Shown in pieces: positions 1 to 7,164 of a DNA stretch of 54,743 nt. Each line of letters begins with the position of its first letter. Within the stretch, counting starts at the first letter, position 1. Position numbers and translations under genes: made by a program. Source of the stretch: a virus (lineage: Duplodnaviria > Caudoviricetes). The notes under the pieces are model-generated. The model worked only from the letters and a program-made list of their open reading frames with translations. It did not search any database and was not told where the DNA came from. Location of the stretch: the IMG/VR virus record IMGVR_UViG_3300032401_000014, positions 1-54,743 of that record. One strand, written 5' to 3'.

Positions 1-92
1 TTGTATAACTGACGAACGAATCATCATAGAACAAATTTCAATTTTTTCCTCTGGTGTCATTTCCCCTCCATTGCTTTTACTGTGGATTGCCA
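1..92. repeat. Terminal direct repeat (circularity); identical to 54591-54682
   Basis: ttgtataactgacgaacgaa...tgtggattgcca occurs at both ends, then the two copies diverge. Confidence 0.95.
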
Positions 93-254
93 CACCTTCC
101 ATAATTCACGCAATTTAGTTCCTTCATCTGGACATTGAAGTTCCCATATATATTCTTCTGCCGCCTTGCATCGCCGTTCATAATTATATAGTCTTTGCAA
201 CACATCTAAAATTGACATGTGGCCGTATATTTTATTTAATTCTGCTAATGTCAT
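57..254 (-). CDS. Small hypothetical cassette protein (RCKAAE / WQSTVKAME motifs)
   Basis: Start refined to MTLAEL (ATG 254) after GGAGGCGGGGAA RBS. Confidence 0.7.
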   Translation of the reverse strand: MTLAELNKIYGHMSILDVLQRLYNYERRCKAAEEYIWELQCPDEGTKLRELWKVWQSTVKAMEGK

Positions 255-405
255 TTCCCCGCCTCCACAATATTTTGCAACCGCAATGTGGGCAATAATC
301 ATATCCCTGATTTATGGGATAACCACATCCACCGCAATTATAGGGATTGCCCAATTCATGCTTATCATATTTTGGTAAAATTGTTTTGTCTCTCTTATCT
401 AACAT
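232..405 (-). CDS. Small zinc-ribbon protein (57 aa)
   Basis: Manual translation MLDKRDK...CGGCG...CPHCG; GGAGG RBS; below ORF-track cutoff. Confidence 0.7.
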   Translation of the reverse strand: MLDKRDKTILPKYDKHELGNPYNCGGCGYPINQGYDYCPHCGCKILWRRGNDISRIK

Positions 406-647
406 TTTTCCTCCATTGCTTTTACTGTGGATTGCCAGTTTATAAAATCTGCTCCCTCAAATCCTAAATCACTACCTTTGAAAACATTCTCTGCCGCCTT
501 GCATCTATTCTCCCATTGCAGACGGAGGGTGTGCTCGGCTTCGTAATCCATAATATCTTCAAAATTACCACAATCGCCCGGACACATGGCATCATCATAT
601 TTACACACGCAAGCGTGGATACAATCTGATCGTTCTGGTAATTTCAT
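399..647 (-). CDS. Cys-rich hypothetical cassette protein (RCKAAE / WQSTVKAME motifs)
   Basis: ORF track; GGGGGG RBS; shares two motifs with 57..254. Confidence 0.75.
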   Translation of the reverse strand: MKLPERSDCIHACVCKYDDAMCPGDCGNFEDIMDYEAEHTLRLQWENRCKAAENVFKGSDLGFEGADFINWQSTVKAMEEKC

Positions 648-673
648 ATTCCCCCCATGATTTTATTTATAGG
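645..673. repeat. 29-bp junction repeat R3; second copy at 2121-2149 (28/29 identical)
   Basis: catattcccc(c/t)catgattttatttatagg. Confidence 0.9.
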
Positions 674-1667
674 TTTCGTTCGGATTATCTATTGACATGG
701 TAAATTGGCAACATTCAGGCCAGCCCATTTGTAAACATTCGGCAACATCGACCAACTTTTGTTTGCCGCATATTCTACAAAAAACAATCCCAAGTTTTAA
801 CGATTCATGGCTATTTGCTATTTGATTATACATATTCCCCCCTTGATTCTTCTGCTCCAATGATAGTTTTGATCCAACAATAATACGATTGGCATATTCA
901 CGTTGAAATTTTCTCCATTCTCGTTTATCTTCTCGATCTTCGCCTCGATTATATAACATGGCCATTGGCATTAAACCCAACCTCAAAACTTGATGTAATC
1001 GTTTCTCAGCCTTTTCAAAAATGTCGCCCTTGTATCCGATCAAAACATAACATGAATAAATTCTATTGGTGTCTGTTAATGCCCCCGCCTCTCGTAACAT
1101 TTTACACGCCTCGATAAGTGGTTCATAATCGTCAAAAGTATCATAAGCGAAATAAACAGTTAATGGATTCAATTCCCTTAATCGTTCGGCGATCCATGGT
1201 TTCATTCTTTTTGCTTCCAGACCCCCGGTAAAACGTGGTCGAATCAGTTGTCGTTCCAACATTGTAAAAACTCGTTTAATATGATCCTCCGAACAAGCCA
1301 ATAAGTTAGAATCAAGTATATTATAACCGTTTTTAATTTCCAATTCTCGAATATTCCCCTCTCTTTTCGGCACTAAACAAAACCAACAATTATTGGGGCA
1401 TCCTCTCGATGTTATGATATAACCATACTTTAAGTATAAACCAGGTTCAAATTCATCACCCGGATCGTCATAAGCGGGGCCACCGATTGAAACCCTACTT
1501 GTCACTGATCGCCACGCCTCGGCAAGTTCCTCGCCTCGTTGCTTGTCCCATGTCCATGTCACTGATACCTTCACTTCGTCGGCCTCATCAAATAAATTTG
1601 GTTCAGTAAACCTTACATTTTCATCATCTGGTGTCGCCTTTGTTCGTCTGGGAAATACTCTAATCAA
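663..1667 (-). CDS. Radical SAM protein, fused in frame to a small Cys-rich ORF (663..833)
   Basis: TSRGCPNNCWFC (CxxxCxxC), DSNLL, YVLIGY; internal RBS plus ATG at 833. Confidence 0.85.
   Translation of the reverse strand: MIRVFPRRTKATPDDENVRFTEPNLFDEADEVKVSVTWTWDKQRGEELAEAWRSVTSRVSIGGPAYDDPGDEFEPGLYLKYGYIITSRGCPNNCWFCLVPKREGNIRELEIKNGYNILDSNLLACSEDHIKRVFTMLERQLIRPRFTGGLEAKRMKPWIAERLRELNPLTVYFAYDTFDDYEPLIEACKMLREAGALTDTNRIYSCYVLIGYKGDIFEKAEKRLHQVLRLGLMPMAMLYNRGEDREDKREWRKFQREYANRIIVGSKLSLEQKNQGGNMYNQIANSHESLKLGIVFCRICGKQKLVDVAECLQMGWPECCQFTMSIDNPNETYK
846..864. repeat. 19-bp cassette repeat R1 (ATTCTTCTGCTCCAATGAT); copies at 846, 1667, 2323, 3321
   Basis: Four identical copies read directly, all at gene boundaries. 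Confidence 0.95.
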
Positions 1668-1691
1668 TTCTTCTGCTCCAATGATTCTAAT

Positions 1692-1877
1692 TTATCCTTT
1701 TACAAATTTAGATGCCTCTTTCAAATATTTTGCCACCTTTTTTATCTGTTTACCCCCATCATGTAGATTCCATTTTATTCTTTCATGGTTAATCATTTGT
1801 GCCCAATCCACATGACAAACTTTTCCGTTTTTAATTCCTATGCGTATATAATAATCTGGTATAACTTGTTGTATCAT
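1692..1877 (-). CDS. Hypothetical protein
   Basis: ORF track; AAGGA RBS. Confidence 0.65.
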   Translation of the reverse strand: MIQQVIPDYYIRIGIKNGKVCHVDWAQMINHERIKWNLHDGGKQIKKVAKYLKEASKFVKG

Positions 1878-1889
1878 TCCAATTCCTTT

Positions 1890-2123
1890 TTATATTATTC
1901 CTCTAAACTTTCCATTTATTTTACCTCTTGTATTTTCTTTTGACTTATTAGCAGAGTTTCTACATCCACATTGAGGACATTCGAGACTTAAATCATCCGT
2001 GCCACGTGGATATACCGCCGTCCATTGATAAAAACAACGCATACACATAACCAAATCATTAACAACCCACTGCATTGGTTTTCTATTGGCAGGTAATATA
2101 ATTTTACGAAGTTCCCGCATCAT
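1890..2123 (-). CDS. Zinc-ribbon hypothetical protein
   Basis: CMRC...CPQC; start lies in repeat R3. Confidence 0.7.
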   Translation of the reverse strand: MMRELRKIILPANRKPMQWVVNDLVMCMRCFYQWTAVYPRGTDDLSLECPQCGCRNSANKSKENTRGKINGKFRGII

Positions 2124-2151
2124 ATTCCCCTCATGATTTTATTTATAGGAT

Positions 2152-2307
2152 TCAATTATCTCTGAAAAATCTAAAACCACTTGCGCCATGCAATAATCCG
2201 ATAGTAATAACAAAAAAAGGAAAGCCGATTGTTATCATATAATTTTCTAATTTAATATAAAATCCTATCTGAATTTCAAAATAAAATGCCAATCTATATT
2301 GTCCCAT
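2152..2307 (-). CDS. Small hydrophobic hypothetical protein (51 aa)
   Basis: Manual translation MGQYRLAFYFEIQIG...; GGGGGG RBS. Confidence 0.55.
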   Translation of the reverse strand: MGQYRLAFYFEIQIGFYIKLENYMITIGFPFFVITIGLLHGASGFRFFRDN

Positions 2308-2316
2308 ATTCCCCCC

Positions 2317-3321
2317 TTAAGTATTCTTCTGCTCCAATGATTCAAATAATTTCCCCTGTTCTTTCAGATACGCAATTCGTTTATTTGCTATATTTATATA
2401 TTTCTGATTTAATTCTATACCGATATATTTACGGTCAAGTTTCAATGCCACGAGTGCCGTAGTCCCTGCACCCATGAACGGGTCAAGAACTATCCCACCT
2501 TCGGGACATCCGGCTTTAATCATGGGTATTATTAGTTTTTCGGGGAAGGTAGCAAAGTGAGCACCCTTAAATGGATGGTTCGGCACTTCCCATACAGATC
2601 GCTTATTCCGAATCATGTTCCCTTCTTCGTCTTGTTGCCATCGTGCATGACCCCTTGCGTGAATAGTTTGAGCATTTGAAACAGGCGTAAACCCATCAGT
2701 ATATTTCATAGAACCTTTCATCCTTGTTGCTTTTCGCCCATCATAGCTTGCTGTTTCTTTTATCGCTTCATTATCAAAATAATATCTCGGTGATTTACTC
2801 AACAAGAAAACATACTCATGCGATTTCGTGCATCGGTCAGTCACGCTCTCCGGCATCGAGTTTAGTTTCGACCAAATAATGTCTTGCCGTAAATGCCAAC
2901 CATCAGCCTGTAATGCAAAGGCGACATGCCAGGGGATACCCACAAGGTCTTTCGATTTTATTACAGGATGAAACGGGTCTTTCTGCATGTTTTTCCCTGC
3001 CAGTGTTCCTTTGTTTGTTCCTTGCTTCGTTCCTTCGAGATCAGTCTTGCTTCCCTTCCATCCACCGCCATAATAACTATCACCAAGATTCAGCCACAGT
3101 GTCCCGTCATTTTTCAGCACCCGCTGGACTTCTCTGAATATCTCGACCAATTTCCCGACATATTCTTCCGGCGTTTTTTCAAGTCCAATCTGTCCTTCAA
3201 TTCCATAATCACGCAATCCCCAGTATGGCGGGGAAGTTACGCAACAATTAACCAACTCATTCGGTAGTGTTTTCAAAACGGTTAAACTATCGCTATGAAT
3301 GATTTGATTGAGTTCTATCAA
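2317..3321 (-). CDS. Site-specific DNA methyltransferase (N4C/N6A, beta class)
   Basis: TSPPYW (motif IV) precedes LDPFMGAGTT (motif I); HFATFP. Confidence 0.95.
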   Translation of the reverse strand: MIELNQIIHSDSLTVLKTLPNELVNCCVTSPPYWGLRDYGIEGQIGLEKTPEEYVGKLVEIFREVQRVLKNDGTLWLNLGDSYYGGGWKGSKTDLEGTKQGTNKGTLAGKNMQKDPFHPVIKSKDLVGIPWHVAFALQADGWHLRQDIIWSKLNSMPESVTDRCTKSHEYVFLLSKSPRYYFDNEAIKETASYDGRKATRMKGSMKYTDGFTPVSNAQTIHARGHARWQQDEEGNMIRNKRSVWEVPNHPFKGAHFATFPEKLIIPMIKAGCPEGGIVLDPFMGAGTTALVALKLDRKYIGIELNQKYINIANKRIAYLKEQGKLFESLEQKNT

Positions 3322-3338
3322 TTCTTCTGCTCCAATGA

Positions 3339-3938
3339 TTAAAATTTTCCACCTGCGGGCAATACTTTCCCGGCAGGGAACAATTCTCCAGCGTCCACGA
3401 CCATGCCCTCGTCACCGCCTTCTTCCTCAATCCCGAATCCCTTGTTGCGGTGATACTTTGCCTCCGGGCTCGTGATCGCCACCTGTAAATCAGTGAAAGC
3501 AAAATTCTCGACCTTCTTCACAAAGTCGATCGCTTCTCTGTCGGTAAGATTCGCCATCGACGGAATCCATCCGCAGGGCTCTCGCCTGGGCTTGCCGTCC
3601 TCCTGCCATGTGTTATACTCGATAATACACCTGTCTCTGTGCTTCTGCGGTATCTCTTCGAGAGCTGTTACAAAATTATAGAGAAACATCCGCTTGAGTT
3701 CTATGTGAGCCTTGAGCATATTTCCGTCGAACGCTTCAGCGGAAATCGGCGGCAGGAGATAGCCACGGTAATATTTATGCCGATGATACCTGATACCCTT
3801 GTCGTGGGTCTCAATACTGATCTCGCCATACATCCCGTCGTTCTCAGGAAGATTTTTAAACTTCGTAAGATTCTCAATGAACGCATCAAGATGTTTTATC
3901 TTTCCGCCTTTTATTCTTATGTTACCGATGATCTTCAT
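3339..3938 (-). CDS. NinB/Orf-like recombination-associated protein
   Basis: KYYRGY...AHIELKRMFL...SMANLTDREAIDFVKKVENFA pattern; position after the replication genes. Confidence 0.5.
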   Translation of the reverse strand: MKIIGNIRIKGGKIKHLDAFIENLTKFKNLPENDGMYGEISIETHDKGIRYHRHKYYRGYLLPPISAEAFDGNMLKAHIELKRMFLYNFVTALEEIPQKHRDRCIIEYNTWQEDGKPRREPCGWIPSMANLTDREAIDFVKKVENFAFTDLQVAITSPEAKYHRNKGFGIEEEGGDEGMVVDAGELFPAGKVLPAGGKF

Positions 3939-4542
3939 TCTTTGCCCATTCAGTCAGCTCTTTCTCCAGTAAGGGATATTTTATCCCTATTGTATCCATG
4001 AGCTTGCGAACTTCTTCCTTGTCCCCTATGATCTTTGTCTCGACCCCGATAAAATCAGGGCCGTACTCATCTCTGTAATACCCCTTGAGAAGTCTCGGCC
4101 TCACGTCCACGCCGAACTTCGTCGCATGGACATACCGATCTATAAAATCCTTGTGCACGACTTCCTGGTATTGGCCGTCACGCTCTTCGCAAAACTTCCG
4201 CCAGGTCACGAATCCGGCAACGACAAAGTGAGCCACTGGGTCAGCGATCAGCACATCAGGAGATACGCTCACGGTCATGAGGCTCTGCCACGCTTTCTCT
4301 GCTCGTATCTTCATCCATGAGCCGTGATGCTTCTCATGGACATTTACCATGATAGCCTTGTCGGGAAGCGTTTTCCACTTCTTCGAGTGGGCGTCTGTCA
4401 CCTTATGAAAAAATACTTCAAGCTGATCTGCTTTTATAACTCTGTTTAAAAATTCAATAATAACTTTTACTTCAAGCTGTGTGCTGTATTCCAGCTCATA
4501 ATACTCTTCGATCGCTGTTATAAATTCCTGTGCTGTATCCAT
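3922..4542 (-). CDS. Putative helicase loader/inhibitor (DUF6475-like)
   Basis: Directly after the initiator; LPDKA, AEKAW, DPVAHFVV..W..FC..KDFIDRY pattern. Confidence 0.55.
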   Translation of the reverse strand: MDTAQEFITAIEEYYELEYSTQLEVKVIIEFLNRVIKADQLEVFFHKVTDAHSKKWKTLPDKAIMVNVHEKHHGSWMKIRAEKAWQSLMTVSVSPDVLIADPVAHFVVAGFVTWRKFCEERDGQYQEVVHKDFIDRYVHATKFGVDVRPRLLKGYYRDEYGPDFIGVETKIIGDKEEVRKLMDTIGIKYPLLEKELTEWAKNEDHR

Positions 4543-4543
4543 A

Positions 4544-5293
4544 TTATCCTTCGGCTATTTTTCTGATCTCTTCGGCACGGGCCGCCCGGCTCTCAGGCGT
4601 GGGCTTCTTCTTGTTGTTGCCAGACGCCAGTATCGAGTCCACTCTTGATAAAATGCTTGATGCTGTTATGGGAGCATCGGCCCAAAATTCCTTTGTTGCT
4701 TTTTTCTTTATGTCTAAAAATTTATTCATCATTGCGAACAGCTCATCCCCGGTCTTGAATCTGTCGAGTAGCTTCCCGATGTTTTTTGCTTCCTTGCCGT
4801 CGTAATAATACGAGTCGTTATGGAGAGAAAAGAATTTCCGCATTTCAAGCCGGAAGAACGCCTTATCACTGTTAATATCATTGTCATTATAATCCGTTAA
4901 TATAAAGTCCTTATTGTGAGAGGTTTCCTCTCTCTCGGAGAGAGGTTTCTGCTCACCTGCGTGAGAGGTTTCCTCTCTCGACGTGAGAGGTTTCCTCTCA
5001 CCCGTGAGAACTTTCTGCTCACCTTTGCTGTGCATCCTTTCGACCTCGGCGTTCCATTTGTCGGTGGTTTCTATGCCTGTTTTGTGCCTGAGTATCAATC
5101 CTTTCCTCTCAAGATCGTTCAAAATATCCTGCACGCTCCGACGACTAACCCCGATGAAATCTCCCAGATATTGTTTTGCCGCCGTGCAATATTTCCCTCT
5201 CGATAAAAAATAAATGCTGTCGCAGATCGCATACTGATTTAAACTCAATTCGAGCTTTTTTCTGACATCGTGGTCGATCGTTGTATATGGCAT
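4544..5293 (-). CDS. Replication initiator (lambda O-like, N-terminal winged HTH)
   Basis: wHTH QYLGDFIGVSRRSVQDILNDLERKGLI; internal iterons; start refined to ATG 5293 after GGAGG. Confidence 0.8.
   Translation of the reverse strand: MPYTTIDHDVRKKLELSLNQYAICDSIYFLSRGKYCTAAKQYLGDFIGVSRRSVQDILNDLERKGLILRHKTGIETTDKWNAEVERMHSKGEQKVLTGERKPLTSREETSHAGEQKPLSEREETSHNKDFILTDYNDNDINSDKAFFRLEMRKFFSLHNDSYYYDGKEAKNIGKLLDRFKTGDELFAMMNKFLDIKKKATKEFWADAPITASSILSRVDSILASGNNKKKPTPESRAARAEEIRKIAEG
4916..5022. repeat. Replication origin iterons (5 x 19-bp imperfect palindromes)
   Basis: gtgagaggtttcctctcac-like units at 4916, 4938, 4961, 4983, 5004; adjacent AT-rich tract 4860-4915. Confidence 0.85.
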
Positions 5294-5310
5294 GAGACCT
5301 CCTTTTTTAC

Positions 5311-5475
5311 CCAAAAAAAACTCTGATCTTATAGCAACCAAACATCGAGTCCTCTCTGCGATCTTATCCTCGTTGACTTCTCTTCGTTCGGCCTCGGCCA
5401 GATGTGCTATAAAACCAGAGTCTTGCTTTTAAGGCAAGGGAGCTGGCCGAGAGAATCCTTTGACTTAAACTATAA
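5311..5475 (-). ncRNA. Structured leader RNA / putative attenuator upstream of the initiator
   Basis: Crossing complementary pairs 5443-5451/5393-5401 and 5405-5420/5321-5336; hairpin 5422-5438; U8 tract. Confidence 0.55.
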
Positions 5476-5480
5476 GACAT

Positions 5481-5509
5481 AAGATACTCTCGACCGTCCT
5501 TTTTGTCAA
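5481..5509 (-). promoter_or_regulatory. Sigma70-type promoter for the replication operon
   Basis: TTGACA-17 nt-TATCTT. Confidence 0.75.
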
Positions 5510-5511
5510 TA

Positions 5512-5706
5512 CTAAAACGCTTCTTTTTCCTCTTTTTTATTTTCCTTTTTCTCGTACTCGGCAAATACCATATTGTAGTCAGGATGTTTGTCTTCTTTCT
5601 TCATCTCATTTTTAAAGACCATGACCTTGACGCCGCCGAGCCTGCCGAGAAGATAGTCCTTGCCTTCCTTCGACGTTACCTTCCAGAGACCACAAGCGTT
5701 TATCAT
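5512..5706 (-). CDS. DUF736-like small protein (possible ssDNA-binding)
   Basis: GLWK.TSKEGKDYL.G...VFKN..K...HPDY pattern. Confidence 0.6.
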   Translation of the reverse strand: MINACGLWKVTSKEGKDYLLGRLGGVKVMVFKNEMKKEDKHPDYNMVFAEYEKKENKKEEKEAF

Positions 5707-5954
5707 TTCTTCTCTCCCTCCTGCCGCTTCAAAAGATCAGCCATGAGCCTGTCCATTGCAGAACCTTTTGAAAGGCTATCATTCATAACCTCCCGCCTCC
5801 GAATCTTATCGAGAGCTTCAGTCAACATCCCGATTATCTCGTGACTGTAAAGACCATTGACGCTGACAATCAAAAAAACCCCGTTTTTCTCAGCCAAGAG
5901 TTCAAGAGTGATAAGCCTTCTCCTTTCATTTTTTTTCTGTGATTTACTCTTCAT
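5703..5954 (-). CDS. Hypothetical protein
   Basis: ORF track; GGAG RBS. Confidence 0.65.
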   Translation of the reverse strand: MKSKSQKKNERRRLITLELLAEKNGVFLIVSVNGLYSHEIIGMLTEALDKIRRREVMNDSLSKGSAMDRLMADLLKRQEGEKK

Positions 5955-6123
5955 CTTTTAACTCCTCCTTTTCTATTCCATCTTTTTTCAAAATTTCATT
6001 GCCCGCTCGTGCTAATATGCCGAGCATTTCAATGTCTGAGAACCCGTTTCCCGCAACCACCAATTTCAAGCTCGATGAATCTCCCTCTTTTATCACTTGT
6101 GCCCGTAGTGAAAACTCTTTCAT
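5944..6123 (-). CDS. Hypothetical protein (59 aa), resembles 5703..5954
   Basis: Manual translation MKEFSLRAQV...NGFSDIEMLGIL; GGAGG RBS. Confidence 0.65.
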   Translation of the reverse strand: MKEFSLRAQVIKEGDSSSLKLVVAGNGFSDIEMLGILARAGNEILKKDGIEKEELKDEE

Positions 6124-6359
6124 TTCAAAACCTCCTTTTGTTCTTTTGTTATTAAATTAAAAGCCAGATAAAGAGCGAATAGCCGCAACTCCAACGGAGC
6201 CCCGGCCTTCAGTCTGTTCTCAAGTTTTTCTGTAAGCTGGCTGGTCGTTCCAGCATCTATCATTATCCCGTGAATCATGTCGTTGAAGTATCTGAGATCA
6301 TGTCGGGATAACCCGCAGGCCCTTGATATAACGTGCTTGCTGTGATTATAGTTCTTCAT
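6120..6359 (-). CDS. Hypothetical protein
   Basis: ORF track; ATGA coupling; GGAGG RBS. Confidence 0.7.
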   Translation of the reverse strand: MKNYNHSKHVISRACGLSRHDLRYFNDMIHGIMIDAGTTSQLTEKLENRLKAGAPLELRLFALYLAFNLITKEQKEVLK

Positions 6360-6586
6360 CTCGCCTCCTTCTCACTTAAAAATTGTATCGCCCTGCCACT
6401 GCCCCGGCCTGCCTGCTTGATATAGCCCTTCTGAGCACATAGCCGCAGAATCGACTCGACAGCTCCCTTCGATATTCCAAAAGCCTCGCCGATCTCTGCC
6501 TGCGACGGCTGATACTTTCTTGTAGCCGTGAAGTTTTTAATATAATCCAGCACGGCCAACTGCTTCTCTGTTAGTTTTTTTCTCAT
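6356..6586 (-). CDS. LexA-type DNA-binding-domain repressor (no peptidase domain)
   Basis: LTEKQLAVLDYIK...PSQAEIGEAFGISKGAV...KGYI; start refined to 6586. Confidence 0.8.
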   Translation of the reverse strand: MRKKLTEKQLAVLDYIKNFTATRKYQPSQAEIGEAFGISKGAVESILRLCAQKGYIKQAGRGSGRAIQFLSEKEAR

Positions 6587-7164
6587 GTTACCTCCTTCTT
6601 TTTCCGTGATATAAAATCCTTGATGGCCTGCTCTGCCTTGTATTTGCTGAGACATGCCAAAAAAGTAACGTCGGCATCCTTGTCGAAAACGTCCACCGAT
6701 TTGAACTTCCTGCCGTCGTACCAGAGCACAAGCCACTGATTTGTTCTTTTGATAATTTTATTCTCTATCGCCAGCCTATGATACCCGGCGAACTGCACCG
6801 GAGTATAGAGATATGCGGGCTTCGATCTTTTAAAGTCAATAATAGCCTTTTCACATATCAAGTCTGGCACTCCAGCATACATGTGTTTCCGTGACCATAA
6901 CGGCCGCTCGCTCTGAATCACATGCCCAGTCTCAGGATGCTCGTCGAACCACCGATCGAGAGCTATCAACATCGGATTCTCTCCAGGGTCATGAACATCG
7001 AAATACATCTGTATCAAATTGTGAGAATCCTTACCCTCTTGCCTCAAACGCTCCAGATGCTCCGGTGAGACAAAGAACTGCTTCGCCGGGAGTACATGGG
7101 TGACAGATGGAACCCGAACATCGTCAATAAAAAATTCATGCTTCTCTCTGTCAAAAATCAACAT
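6583..7164 (-). CDS. PD-(D/E)XK exonuclease (recombination partner of ERF)
   Basis: PSVTHVL, E, YAGVPDL, IIDFK, QFAGY; start refined to MLIFDREKHEF. Confidence 0.8.
   Translation of the reverse strand: MLIFDREKHEFFIDDVRVPSVTHVLPAKQFFVSPEHLERLRQEGKDSHNLIQMYFDVHDPGENPMLIALDRWFDEHPETGHVIQSERPLWSRKHMYAGVPDLICEKAIIDFKRSKPAYLYTPVQFAGYHRLAIENKIIKRTNQWLVLWYDGRKFKSVDVFDKDADVTFLACLSKYKAEQAIKDFISRKKKEVT

Noticed and set aside
846-3340. True integron (attC sites plus IntI)
   Set aside because: No tyrosine recombinase; the repeats are short direct repeats without attC palindromes
4916-5022. Mini CRISPR array
   Set aside because: Units are separated by only 2-4 nt, lie in frame within the initiator gene, and no cas genes are present; iterons fit better
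5364-5564. 66-aa ORF upstream of the initiator
   Set aside because: Overlaps the DUF736-like gene, the promoter and the structured leader; no RBS
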